A stretch of 64,000 nucleotides of DNA from a virus (IMGVR_UViG_3300028048_000064:1-64000), one strand, 5' to 3'; counted from the stretch's first letter, positions 28,596 through 39,035 are shown. Numbers and translations: made by a program. The notes: a model not told the origin generated them from the letters alone.

Positions 28596-31500
28596 ATGGC
28601 AAATACAAGTAATAATAGCGCAAGACAGACTCACGTAAGTCCAGGTATCTATACAAAAGAAACTGACCTGACTTATGCTTCAAAGTCTCTTGGTATCACT
28701 ACTTTGGGTGTTGCCGGTGAAACCGTAAAAGGTCCTGCTTTCCAACCAATAACAATTGAAAATTGGAGACAGTTCCAACAGTTCTTCGGTGGTACTAATA
28801 CTGATAAATTCAGAGGAAGTCAATATCCTAAGTATGAGTTACCATATATTGCACAGTCATATCTTAAACAATCTAATCAACTTGAAGTATGTCGTGTATT
28901 AGGTCTTTCTGGTGTAAATGCAGGCCCTGCTTGGGTGATTACTGTAAAAGGTAAGACCGGTAGTGTATATAACGACATGGTATTATGTGTACTTCGTTCA
29001 AGAGGTGAACACAAGAAGGCAGCATTCATACGCCATGCAACGCCTGAAGATATGGCAAATGGCATCTGCAATGATATCTATGAATACGACGGAATTGTAT
29101 ACTATGCTGACAACGTAGAACTTGAAGCAAGTAAGACACTTGATTTCGGTAGTGAATGCAGACCAAGTGCTGTAACAGAAGATGGTAATTTCGCAGTTAA
29201 TGTAAATAACTACGGACGTTTCACAATCGTTGTAACAACGGTAAATGGTGATACAAAGAAGTATGCTGTATCATTAAATCCGGGTGAAAAGAACTTTATT
29301 TTGAATGTTCTTGGTGGAGACCCAGAGATTGGTGAATCTGAAATCTATGTTGAGGAACTTTATGATGTTGCTTTGCAACAGTTGATTGAAAGAGGTGAAG
29401 TTACTGCAATCAATCAGCAAGTTTCTGAATATAAACTCACTTACATCGTTCCTAAATTCGCTGACGTAGAAGATATTCTTACCCAAGAAGAAGATACACT
29501 CACTCATAGAGATGTAGGTAAGCGTTTCCTGTATAGTTCAACAGAGTCAAAGAATGGTGATGGTAATCCGTTGAAAGTACACATCTTCACTAAGGAAGGT
29601 GCTCTTAAAAATGGCGAGCCTGGTGATACTAATGGTATTGCTGGTCATATTTACACTGTAATGCCTTATACAACTTCAGAGGGCACAAGAGAATACTATT
29701 ATGGCGAGATTGAAACTGAGGAAGAAGTTCTGTCAACTGAACGCAACGTTGACCCAGATTCTCATGTATTTGATAATGCCGTAAAGGTTAAGTCTGATGA
29801 TTCATTCTATGTACTTGCAACAAGTGGAGAAGGTGGAGCAACAGATGTTATTCCAGTAACACTTGACTTCAATAACTACAAAGAACAGTACAGATATGCT
29901 TCAACTCCTTGGATTGTATCTGAAATGAAGGGTGATGCTACTAACGTAGAACTTAATAGACTGTTTAGATTCCATACAATTTCTGATGGTAATAATGCTA
30001 ATACAGAGGTTAAGATTTCAATCGAGAATATCAGTCCTGAAAATGGCACATTCGATGTTATTGTACGTGCATTCTATGATACTGATGCTGCTCCTGTAGT
30101 CTATGAGAGATATAAGGGTGTTGATTTGATTCCGGGCAGTCAGAATTATATTGCTTTGAGAATTGGTTCATTCGATGAGTCTTATGAAACCAAATCTAAT
30201 TACATTACCGTAGAGGTTAATGAGAACGATAAGACTAAGGCTTCTATCCCTGCTGGTTTCTTAGGTTATCCTGTCAGAAACTATAATGGCGTTGCAATTC
30301 AGACTAATGCAAGAAATGCTGTTAAGCCATTCTTACAGTATAACACAAATGTTGATGAGGATATCAGAATTAACAAGCAGTACTTCGGTCTTTCTAACTT
30401 GACAGGTATCGATGAGGATATTCTTAGATATAAGGGCGTAGAGGCTTATGATGAAAATCCAAATGGTTTGACACCTGGCTTCCACCTTGACGCACGTATC
30501 TTCGACGCTGCTTATAAGGCAAGTGCAACTGACCCTGGTATCAAGAACCAAAAGGTTAGTGTCGATGGTATAGATGGTTATGATTGGGTAACTGTTGGCG
30601 CAGGTAATCAGACATCATTTGGTATTGAACCAAGAATTGGTGATGAGGCTACCATGGCCGGTACTATCTACGAGGATAAGAGATACCGTAAATTTACCCT
30701 TGCATTCTGTGGTGGTTTTGATGGTTGGGATTACTATCGTACATCAAGAGGTAACTCAGATGACTTCAAATACACTAAGTATAAGGGAAAGATTAACAAG
30801 AATAGTGGCATAGGTACTATGGTATCAGTAATCAAGAATCCTGAAGCATATGGTTTTGCACAGGATGAGAAGATTTTGAACTCTGACTTCTATGCTTATC
30901 TGTCTGCTTATCGTCAGTTTGCTAATCCTAAGACCATTGATATTAACGTATTTGCTACCCCTGGTATTGACTATGTTAATCAGAACTCATTGGTTGGTGA
31001 GGTTATCAATATGATTGAGGAAGAACGTGCAGACTCTGTTTACGTTGTTACTACACCTGATAAGCCATACGGTGCAAGTGATTCTGAAAGTGATATGTTT
31101 ACCCCAACAGATGCTGTATGGAACCTTGAAGACTCTAATATTGATAGTAACTATACTTGCTCATACTATCCTTGGTGCAAGTACTATGACGAGGACAACA
31201 ACAAGTATATCTATCTGCCACCAACACGTGACGTAGTACGTAACTTTGCTTACACTGACAATACTAAGTATCCTTGGTTTGCAGCAGCTGGTTGGTATCG
31301 TGGTGAAATCGAAGAGAATGGTGTAAGGCCTAAGAAGTCACTCAAACTCGGTGAACAAGATACCCTTTATGCAGGTCGCCTTAACTTCATTAATATGTTT
31401 GCTAAGGAAGGTATGAAGATTTGGGGCGATAAGAACATGCAGGAACGTGAGTCAGTAATGAACAGAATTTCTAAGAGAAGACTACTTCTCCGTATTAGAA

Positions 31501-31772
31501 AACTTTGCTCAATTGCTTGTATCGGACTTATTTTCGACCCAAATGATAATACAACTAAGCAGTCATTCGAAAGCGCTGTTACACCAATCCTTGACAATAT
31601 TATGTCAAATCGTGGTATCGTTGATTGGAAACTCGAAATTGACGATAGTCAGGAGGCTCGTGACAGACTTGAATTACCTGCTAAGATATTTATCAAACCC
31701 ACACCTAATCTGGAATATATCACAATTGATTTCACTATTAGTAATCAGGGAACTACGTGGGATAATATATAA
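28596..31772 (+). CDS. Contractile tail sheath protein (gp18-like)
   Basis: SPGIYTKETD, GETVKGP, PWFAAAG, IWGDK, RISKRRLL, IFDPND, IKPTPNLEYI. Confidence 0.95.
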   Translation: MANTSNNSARQTHVSPGIYTKETDLTYASKSLGITTLGVAGETVKGPAFQPITIENWRQFQQFFGGTNTDKFRGSQYPKYELPYIAQSYLKQSNQLEVCRVLGLSGVNAGPAWVITVKGKTGSVYNDMVLCVLRSRGEHKKAAFIRHATPEDMANGICNDIYEYDGIVYYADNVELEASKTLDFGSECRPSAVTEDGNFAVNVNNYGRFTIVVTTVNGDTKKYAVSLNPGEKNFILNVLGGDPEIGESEIYVEELYDVALQQLIERGEVTAINQQVSEYKLTYIVPKFADVEDILTQEEDTLTHRDVGKRFLYSSTESKNGDGNPLKVHIFTKEGALKNGEPGDTNGIAGHIYTVMPYTTSEGTREYYYGEIETEEEVLSTERNVDPDSHVFDNAVKVKSDDSFYVLATSGEGGATDVIPVTLDFNNYKEQYRYASTPWIVSEMKGDATNVELNRLFRFHTISDGNNANTEVKISIENISPENGTFDVIVRAFYDTDAAPVVYERYKGVDLIPGSQNYIALRIGSFDESYETKSNYITVEVNENDKTKASIPAGFLGYPVRNYNGVAIQTNARNAVKPFLQYNTNVDEDIRINKQYFGLSNLTGIDEDILRYKGVEAYDENPNGLTPGFHLDARIFDAAYKASATDPGIKNQKVSVDGIDGYDWVTVGAGNQTSFGIEPRIGDEATMAGTIYEDKRYRKFTLAFCGGFDGWDYYRTSRGNSDDFKYTKYKGKINKNSGIGTMVSVIKNPEAYGFAQDEKILNSDFYAYLSAYRQFANPKTIDINVFATPGIDYVNQNSLVGEVINMIEEERADSVYVVTTPDKPYGASDSESDMFTPTDAVWNLEDSNIDSNYTCSYYPWCKYYDEDNNKYIYLPPTRDVVRNFAYTDNTKYPWFAAAGWYRGEIEENGVRPKKSLKLGEQDTLYAGRLNFINMFAKEGMKIWGDKNMQERESVMNRISKRRLLLRIRKLCSIACIGLIFDPNDNTTKQSFESAVTPILDNIMSNRGIVDWKLEIDDSQEARDRLELPAKIFIKPTPNLEYITIDFTISNQGTTWDNI

Positions 31773-31793
31773 AAACTTATATAATAAGCCATT

Positions 31794-31828
31794 AAAGAGG
31801 GATTTCTTAAATGATTTCCCTCTTTTTA
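31794..31828 (+). terminator. Intrinsic terminator after the sheath gene
   Basis: aaagaggga...tccctcttt followed by T-run. Confidence 0.65.
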
Positions 31829-31849
31829 ATGTTTTTTAACTAAAAATAT

Positions 31850-31880
31850 TTTGTTAATTAAAATTAAATTAGTATCTTTG
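31850..31880 (+). promoter_or_regulatory. Bacteroidetes-type promoter
   Basis: TTTG-N19-TAtcTTTG. Confidence 0.75.
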
Positions 31881-31890
31881 CAAAATAAAA

Positions 31891-33561
31891 GTGAAAAATA
31901 TGTCATATAATATAAAACCTTGGAAAGATGTTTTGGAAAAATTCCGTGAAATACACGGAGATAAATATAATTATTATTCTGATACATATAGCGGCAGTGC
32001 TAATAAAATGAAAATACGCTGTAATATATGTGGCTATGAATTTGAACAAACTCCCAATAAACATTTATTGGGAAGAGGTTGCCCTAATTGTGGAAAAACT
32101 AAACTATGGACAAATGAACAGTTTATAAATGCTGTAGAGAATAAATTTCCGGAACAGTTTACCTTTGAAAAAACAAAATATATTAATCAACGAACACCAA
32201 TTGTTATCACATGTAAAAAACATGGGGATATTGAAGTTAATCCAAAAACTTTTCTTAATGGTGGTGGATGTAAATTCTGCCAAAAAGAAAAAAGAGAAGA
32301 ATTTAAAAATAGTTTTTCAGAACGTGCAAGGAAAGTACATCCTATTGAAGAAGAACTTGACTACAGTAAAAGTGAATATGTTGATTATCACACAAAAATT
32401 AAGATAATATGTCATAAGAAAGATGAATATGGAGTAGAACATGGTGAATTTTGGCAAACACCTGCACATCATCTAAATGGAGAAGGATGTCCTAAATGCA
32501 AAGGTAATACTAAGATGAATGGGTATGATTTTGTGATTAAAGCAAAAAAAGTACATGGCGATAAATTTTCTTATTTTGAAGAAAAATATATTGGTTATAA
32601 TGAAAATACTGATATTAAATGTAATACTTGCGGTAGAATTTTTCAGCAGACCCCACATAATCATCTGAAAGGTGAGGGATGTCCGTATTGTATATGTAAT
32701 ATCTCAAAACCAGAAATTGATATAAGTGATTTTATTTCACAATTTGCTGATATAAGTACTAATAATAGAAAAATATTAAATAATTCAAAGGAAATTGATA
32801 TTTTAATACCTTCTAAAAATATAGCATTTGAATATGATGGCTTGGTATGGCATTCAGAAAAGTTCGGTAAAGATAAAAACTACCATTTAAACAAAACAAA
32901 AGAATGTTTGAATAACGGTATTCAACTTTATCATATATTTGAGGATGAATGGATATATAAACGTGAAATTGTGGTTTCTAAAATTAAAAACATAATAGGC
33001 ATAACTGAAAATAAAATATTTGCAAGAAAATGTATAATAAAGGAAATAACTGATATTGATACAAAGACGTTCCTTAATGCAAACCATCTACAGGGTTATT
33101 GTAATTCAAAATACAGATATGGATTATATTACAATGATGAATTAGTATCAGTTATGACATTTGGCCATCTGCGCAAAAATTTAGGAAGCAAAGGTAATAA
33201 TAATGAATATGAATTACTTAGGTTTTGTAATAAATTGAATACTACTGTTGTTGGTGGGGCTTCTAAACTTCTTAAATATTTTATAAAGTCAATTCAACCT
33301 AATAGAATTATAAGTTATGCTGATAAGAGATGGAGTAATGGTAATCTTTATAGAAAAATAGGATTTAAACAATTAAAAGATAGTGAGCCTGGCTATTTCT
33401 ATGTGGTTGGACAACACAGGGAAAATAGATTTAAATACCGTAAGGATGCTCTTATTAAAGAAGGATATGATAAGAATAAAACAGAACATGAAATAATGTT
33501 GGAACGTGGTATATATAGGATATATGATTGTGGAATGATGGCATTTGAAATAAAATTCTAA
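31891..33561 (+). CDS. Hef-like homing endonuclease (Zn-finger repeats, nuclease core, GNAT/Mom-like domain)
   Basis: Paralog of 15020..16903: EIDILIP...FEYDGLVWH, YELLRFC, SYADKRW, RIYDCG; start may be ATG 31900. Confidence 0.8.
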   Translation: MKNMSYNIKPWKDVLEKFREIHGDKYNYYSDTYSGSANKMKIRCNICGYEFEQTPNKHLLGRGCPNCGKTKLWTNEQFINAVENKFPEQFTFEKTKYINQRTPIVITCKKHGDIEVNPKTFLNGGGCKFCQKEKREEFKNSFSERARKVHPIEEELDYSKSEYVDYHTKIKIICHKKDEYGVEHGEFWQTPAHHLNGEGCPKCKGNTKMNGYDFVIKAKKVHGDKFSYFEEKYIGYNENTDIKCNTCGRIFQQTPHNHLKGEGCPYCICNISKPEIDISDFISQFADISTNNRKILNNSKEIDILIPSKNIAFEYDGLVWHSEKFGKDKNYHLNKTKECLNNGIQLYHIFEDEWIYKREIVVSKIKNIIGITENKIFARKCIIKEITDIDTKTFLNANHLQGYCNSKYRYGLYYNDELVSVMTFGHLRKNLGSKGNNNEYELLRFCNKLNTTVVGGASKLLKYFIKSIQPNRIISYADKRWSNGNLYRKIGFKQLKDSEPGYFYVVGQHRENRFKYRKDALIKEGYDKNKTEHEIMLERGIYRIYDCGMMAFEIKF

Positions 33562-33637
33562 CTTTGTACCTTGATGTTTACTTTTTAGTCACATTATAAT
33601 ATTTATATATAAATAACAATAATAAAGATAATATATA

Positions 33638-34876
33638 ATGGGAAGACCACGTAAAACAACAGAAGAATGGTTTGAAGAGTGTAAAAAACGCCGTAAGGAT
33701 AAATGTAAAAATTTAAAATTAACTGAAAATTCGGTTTATCTTGGGCGTGAAAGTTTAATTGAACTTGAATGTACTAAGCATAATATAAGGTTTAGTTATA
33801 CAGCAGACTCTATTCTTAGAAGGGATACTATGTGCCCGGAATGCCTAAAAGAATATAGAGGAACTGATTATAAATCTTGGGAAAATAAAGCAAGAGAAGT
33901 TCATGGAGATGAATTTACATATCCTTATCTTAAAGATGAATATAAAGACATGCATAGTATGATTACCATGTTATGTAGTAACGGTCATACATTCAAACAA
34001 GATGCAACAAGTCATTTATCAGGGTGTGGTTGTCGTAAATGCTATGAAGAAAGTTTAAAGAAGCCAAAAGTTAGCTTTGAAGAATATCTTAAATTGGAAA
34101 AAGAAAAATTTGGAGATAAATTTGATTTAAGTAAATTTGAATACAAAGGTTTAAAAGAAAAATCAATTTATATTTGCCACTGTAAAGATAAAAATGGTGT
34201 TGAACATGGTGAATTTGAACAGTCACCATCAGCACATCTTAGAAGTAAAACAGGATGCCATAAGTGTTGTAATGAGCTAATAGCAAAAACACAAACTTTA
34301 ACAACAGAAGAATTTATTGAAAAGGCATTAAAAGTACACGGTGAAGACTTCAATTATAAAGATGCAAAATATATTAATGCAAAGGAAAATATATGGTTAA
34401 CATGTAATAATTGTGGCAATCATTTTCAAATAACACCAGATAATCATTTAAGAGGTGAAGGCTGTCCAAAATGTAATAAGAGTAAATTAGAAAGAAGTCT
34501 TGGTAATTTTTTTGAAAGTAAAAATATAGAATATGTTAAGGATTATATGAATAGTTTTAACAACTTAAGAAATGATTTTTATCTTCCTAAATATAATGTA
34601 ATAGTTGAGTGCCAAGGAACACAACATTTTAGACCAACATATTTTGGAAATTATAATAAAGAAAAGGCTGAGAGAAATTTAGAATATACTATTAGTTGTG
34701 ATGTACGTAAAAATAAGATAGCCAATGATTTAGGAATTAAGATTTTATATTTTATGGATAAACATAACTTTAAAGAGGAATACTTGGATAATGAAAAATA
34801 CTCTAAAATATATCAAAAAGATAACTTATTCACTAATATGTGTTCCATATTAGAAAAAATAAAAGAAGGTAGTTGA
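33638..34876 (+). CDS. Zn-finger-repeat homing endonuclease-like protein lacking the GNAT-like tail
   Basis: HLxGxGCxxC repeats; SKLE...DFYLPKYNVIVECQGTQH...DVRKN. Confidence 0.78.
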   Translation: MGRPRKTTEEWFEECKKRRKDKCKNLKLTENSVYLGRESLIELECTKHNIRFSYTADSILRRDTMCPECLKEYRGTDYKSWENKAREVHGDEFTYPYLKDEYKDMHSMITMLCSNGHTFKQDATSHLSGCGCRKCYEESLKKPKVSFEEYLKLEKEKFGDKFDLSKFEYKGLKEKSIYICHCKDKNGVEHGEFEQSPSAHLRSKTGCHKCCNELIAKTQTLTTEEFIEKALKVHGEDFNYKDAKYINAKENIWLTCNNCGNHFQITPDNHLRGEGCPKCNKSKLERSLGNFFESKNIEYVKDYMNSFNNLRNDFYLPKYNVIVECQGTQHFRPTYFGNYNKEKAERNLEYTISCDVRKNKIANDLGIKILYFMDKHNFKEEYLDNEKYSKIYQKDNLFTNMCSILEKIKEGS

Positions 34877-34892
34877 AATCTCTACCTTCTTT
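34862..34892. terminator. Bidirectional terminator
   Basis: aaagaaggtag-N9-ctaccttcttt between convergent genes. Confidence 0.7.
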
Positions 34893-34919
34893 ATAAGTTA
34901 TTCATTATCAGTAGGTTAA

Positions 34920-35408
34920 TTAGAAACTGAGGATACAGTACTGGGGACGTAATGTTAATGTCCATGTACTAAGTGAGTCGTCATCATAACTTAACTCACC
35001 ACCTGAAGCAGAAACAATCATTGCAGACTTGATAATCCATTGTGATACAGCAGTTCCGGTTGGATCCAACATCTCTAAGATGAGGTCTCTTTTATATGCA
35101 GCAGCATAGCCTTGACGTCCGGTAACTGATTCTGAATGAAGACGTACCCACTCCATAACAGCTTGTGATGCACTTGGGCCAATAGGGTCTCGTAGCTCGC
35201 AAGTAATTTGTTCCCACAAGTAGCGTCCAACCACCCAACTTGAAGTATTAAGGAATTGGATTTCAGTTTCATTTTGTGTAATTGTAGGACGTGAGCATGA
35301 TGATACCCACCATTCCTGTATTCCTAAATCTGAAGGAAATCTAAGTAAAAATCGATTTTTCCTGAGTGGCTCATATTCCACCGGCATCTTCAAGAGCATA
35401 TCTGGCAT
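34920..35408 (-). CDS. Tail tube protein (gp19-like)
   Basis: YEPLRKNRF, SRPTI, LRDPIGPS, VMEW, GYAAAYKRDL, LDPTG. Confidence 0.88.
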   Translation of the reverse strand: MPDMLLKMPVEYEPLRKNRFLLRFPSDLGIQEWWVSSCSRPTITQNETEIQFLNTSSWVVGRYLWEQITCELRDPIGPSASQAVMEWVRLHSESVTGRQGYAAAYKRDLILEMLDPTGTAVSQWIIKSAMIVSASGGELSYDDDSLSTWTLTLRPQYCILSF

Positions 35409-35494
35409 TTGTGTATGTAAGTAAATAATATTTTTATTTTTATATTCTCTTTTTGTTATTTTTCAATTATAAATATGTTAAAAAACATTTTTTA

Positions 35495-35526
35495 TTTGCT
35501 TTTTTAAAAAAATTGTAGTATTTTTG
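35495..35526 (+). promoter_or_regulatory. Bacteroidetes-type promoter
   Basis: TTTG-N20-TAttTTTG. Confidence 0.7.
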
Positions 35527-35568
35527 CAAACGGGATTAATATATATAAATAAGTATTAAAATAAAGAT

Positions 35569-37458
35569 ATGACAAAAGAGGAAAGATTTGAAGAATTTAA
35601 ATTAAAGGCTGTCAACACCCATAAGGGGTATTATATATATGACAAGGTTGATTATATAAACAGTACAACTAAAGTATGCATCATTTGTCCGCTGCATGGT
35701 GAATTTTGGCAAACACCGGCAGCACATATACAAGGGCAACATTGTCCTAAGTGTGCTAATAAAAAACGTGGAGATACTTTTAGGGGCAACAAGGATAATT
35801 TTATTTCAGAAGCAAGGAAGACACATGGTGACAAGTATGATTATTCAAAGGTAGAATATGAAAGTATGATGAAACCGGTTGAAATAGTGTGCAGCAAGCA
35901 TGGCTCTTTTTGGCAGATACCAATGCTTCATGTAAAAGGTCAAGGGTGTCCTAAATGTGCCGGACGTAACCATACAAATGAAGAAGTTGTTGAAAGGATG
36001 CAGTTGGCACATCCTTATGAAGACTATGACTATACAAAGGTTGAATTTACAAAGATGCATAACAAAGTGTGTATTGTGTGTCATAAAAAAGATAAGGACG
36101 GTAATGAACATGGTGAATTTTGGCAAACACCGGCCAAACACATTTATGGAAGGGGCTGTCCTAAATGTGGAAATATAAAGAAAAATGTTGATAGAAAAAT
36201 AACAGTAGAAAAGTTTAAAGAAAGAGGAAACAAGATTTTCAATGGGTTTTATGATTATCAATATGTGGATTTTGAGAATTTACATGATAAAGTTGATATA
36301 GTTTGTCCTGTTCACGGAAAATTTAAACAGATTGTTTGTGACCATTTGAATGGGCATGGTTGTACACAATGTGCTATTGATAAAACAAAATCAAATACTG
36401 AAGAATTTATTGCAAAATCTAAGATTATTCACGGTGGTAAATATGATTATTCAAAAGTAAATTATGTAAACAGTTATACTGAGGTATGTATTATATGCCC
36501 GGAACATGGAGAATTTTGGCAAGACCCCGGTACACATCTTAAAGGATGTGGTTGTCCTAAGTGTGGTAAGATAATTTCAAAGAATGAAGAGGAATTATAT
36601 CAATTTGTTTGCAATCTTGTTGGGGTAGATAATGTTATAAGAAATGACCGTGAGGTACTTAATGGAAAGGAGATTGACATATACATTCCGTCATTGAAAG
36701 TAGGAATTGAATATAATGGCGTTGTATGGCATTCAGAGAAGTTTGGTAAAGGAAGAAATTATCATATAGACAAGCTTAACGCAGCATTAGATAATGGTGT
36801 AAAACTAATTCAGATATTCGAGGACGAATTTATTGACTGTAAGAATATTGTATTAGGAAAGATACGTCATATATTAGGATATGACAATTATCAAGAGAAG
36901 ATATTTGGTAGGAAGTGCGAAATAAGGGAAATAGACAGATATACTTCAAAGGAGTTTCTTGTTACAAATCACATTCAAGGTTATGTTAAGTCAACAATGC
37001 ATTTAGGTGCGTTTTATAATAATAAGTTAGTTGCTGTGATGTCATTTAACAACATACAGAAAGGTGGTGATAAATGGGAATTAACGAGGTTTGCAAGTGA
37101 TATAACCAAGTTATGTTGTGGTATTGGTGGAAAGTTATTTAAATATTTTGTAGAGAAATACAATCCATCATATATAAAATCATTTGCTGATAGGAGGTGG
37201 ACAATGGATGAGAAATGTAATCTTTATACGAAACTTGGTTTTAATCTTGAAGAGATATTGAAACCAGAGTATAGGTATATAGAGAGTGGTTCTTATAAGA
37301 GGGCACACAAGTTTAATTTCAGAAAGAATACGTTAAGTAAGAAGTACGGTTTACCGTTGACAATGACTGAAACTGAGATGTGTGATGAGATTGGTGCTTA
37401 TAAGATTTGGGATTGCGGATTGCTAAAATATGTGTGGAAAAATAAAAAAATGCAGTAG
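35569..37458 (+). CDS. Hef-like homing endonuclease (five Zn-finger repeats, nuclease core, GNAT/Mom-like domain)
   Basis: YDYSKV.Y...IICPxHGEFWQ...GCPKC repeats; EIDIYIP...EYNGVVWH; WELTRFA, SFADRRW, KIWDCG. Confidence 0.8.
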   Translation: MTKEERFEEFKLKAVNTHKGYYIYDKVDYINSTTKVCIICPLHGEFWQTPAAHIQGQHCPKCANKKRGDTFRGNKDNFISEARKTHGDKYDYSKVEYESMMKPVEIVCSKHGSFWQIPMLHVKGQGCPKCAGRNHTNEEVVERMQLAHPYEDYDYTKVEFTKMHNKVCIVCHKKDKDGNEHGEFWQTPAKHIYGRGCPKCGNIKKNVDRKITVEKFKERGNKIFNGFYDYQYVDFENLHDKVDIVCPVHGKFKQIVCDHLNGHGCTQCAIDKTKSNTEEFIAKSKIIHGGKYDYSKVNYVNSYTEVCIICPEHGEFWQDPGTHLKGCGCPKCGKIISKNEEELYQFVCNLVGVDNVIRNDREVLNGKEIDIYIPSLKVGIEYNGVVWHSEKFGKGRNYHIDKLNAALDNGVKLIQIFEDEFIDCKNIVLGKIRHILGYDNYQEKIFGRKCEIREIDRYTSKEFLVTNHIQGYVKSTMHLGAFYNNKLVAVMSFNNIQKGGDKWELTRFASDITKLCCGIGGKLFKYFVEKYNPSYIKSFADRRWTMDEKCNLYTKLGFNLEEILKPEYRYIESGSYKRAHKFNFRKNTLSKKYGLPLTMTETEMCDEIGAYKIWDCGLLKYVWKNKKMQ

Positions 37459-37472
37459 TTATTTACTGCATT
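37449..37472. terminator. Hairpin spanning two convergent stop codons
   Basis: aatgcagta-N6-tactgcatt. Confidence 0.55.
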
Positions 37473-37855
37473 CTTTTTAATATGTTTAAAACATTATCTC
37501 TTACATCCATTTCAAGTTTTCTTATGACTTCATATCCGCCGCCACCATAACAATTTTTATCTGTGACACATGCAATATCATATTTGTCATATACAGCATC
37601 AAGTATGTCATCTGTTAAGATATCTTGCCAACAGTCATGGACTTCATTTTCTATGATGTCAGGATTATTAAGCATATCTTCTTCATCAAATTGATTTAAG
37701 ACATGTTTGCTTAATACATTAATTGCTTGTTTATATTTAGCATCATTTAGTTCAGTCCATTTGTCTATATTAGCTTCTTTTAATACCCTTTTTACAGATG
37801 TAGCAATAATATTATGAAACTGACTTTCTGTTAGTCTTATACTTTTCTTAGTCAT
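37463..37855 (-). CDS. Hypothetical protein with IRLTESQF...VKRVLKE leader
   Basis: 130-aa ORF with the shared N-terminal motif. Confidence 0.75.
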   Translation of the reverse strand: MTKKSIRLTESQFHNIIATSVKRVLKEANIDKWTELNDAKYKQAINVLSKHVLNQFDEEDMLNNPDIIENEVHDCWQDILTDDILDAVYDKYDIACVTDKNCYGGGGYEVIRKLEMDVRDNVLNILKRMQ

Positions 37856-37879
37856 TTTACAAAAAATATATAAGAGGGA

Positions 37880-38311
37880 TTATACAGTTTGTTGTGGTTG
37901 TTTTTCTGCTTTGTTTGCATCTTCTGCTGCCTTGTCAACTGTTTGCCAGATTTTTTTGAGTAGCTGATAACTAGAAGAAGTTGGGTTATTTGCCAACTTT
38001 GAAATACCTTGAAGTGACAGAACACGTATTTTATCAATAATAGGCTTAATCTCAGCATCTACTTGTGACAAGTTCTGTGCAACCTTATCATCTTCTTCTG
38101 ATTTGAATGGTGTTGTATCCATTTGCTGTTGTGCTTCAGGTGATGCTTGTCGCATTTGTGCAAGGTTTGCCTTTGGTGGCAGTTGGTCTACATCTGCCAT
38201 TGGGTCATTATTTTCTCCGAATACAAGGCTTTCGACGGTCAGAGATGGTGTTTTATCTCTGAGAATAAGTTTCATTTCCTCAATCAGATTGCTACTATTA
38301 TTTTTATTCAT
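37880..38311 (-). CDS. Hypothetical, probable head-associated protein
   Basis: 143 aa with Q/P-rich linker; TATTTAT motif upstream (38342-38348). Confidence 0.7.
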   Translation of the reverse strand: MNKNNSSNLIEEMKLILRDKTPSLTVESLVFGENNDPMADVDQLPPKANLAQMRQASPEAQQQMDTTPFKSEEDDKVAQNLSQVDAEIKPIIDKIRVLSLQGISKLANNPTSSSYQLLKKIWQTVDKAAEDANKAEKQPQQTV

Positions 38312-38403
38312 ATCTTTAAAAACGTTCTTAAATTATATATAATAAATATTAGGTGAAAAATAAAAATTAATGTAATTATATTATTGAAATATATTCATTT
38401 TTA

Positions 38404-38973
38404 ATGAAACAACCGGTAAAAGGCGGAAATAAAATAAAAAGGAAAACAAAAACAGTTAAGACTGGTAATCACAATCCATTTCGTAAGAGAAATCATACAC
38501 AAGAATATGGTACTTCAAAATTGGAGTATGATTTTGCACATGATTTCTTGGATAAATTGGGCTTAAAGTATGTTTACCAATTTTGTGCGGTCTCAATTGG
38601 GAGGTATTTTGACTTCGCAATTACGGCAGTTGAGAACTATCCTTACAAATATGTTATTAAGGAGGGAATTAATAGTATTGACCAAGATGCACAATGGTTT
38701 AAACCCGATTTCATCATTGAGGTGGATGGTGATTATTTTCATTCAAATCCATTATTAGTAAAGGAGGATAAACTTAATCCAATGCAGAAGCACAATAAGT
38801 TTGTTGATAAGTTAAAAGATGAATGGTGTGGAATGAATTGTATTCCTTTACTGAGAATATGGGAGTATGATATAAGACATAACCCCAAGAAAGTCATTGA
38901 TATGATTTGTGAGTATTCAAGTGCAGCAAAGAAAAGACAGATGATAAAGGAAAATAAAAAGAAGCCACATTAA
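38404..38973 (+). CDS. DUF559/Vsr-like endonuclease
   Basis: SKLE, YFDF, IIEVDGDYFH, DKLKD, LLRIWE. Confidence 0.75.
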   Translation: MKQPVKGGNKIKRKTKTVKTGNHNPFRKRNHTQEYGTSKLEYDFAHDFLDKLGLKYVYQFCAVSIGRYFDFAITAVENYPYKYVIKEGINSIDQDAQWFKPDFIIEVDGDYFHSNPLLVKEDKLNPMQKHNKFVDKLKDEWCGMNCIPLLRIWEYDIRHNPKKVIDMICEYSSAAKKRQMIKENKKKPH

Positions 38974-39035
38974 CTGTTGATAATAAGTTAATTATGAATT
39001 AGGTTTATATTAAGATAAATTTTAATTGATGCGAA

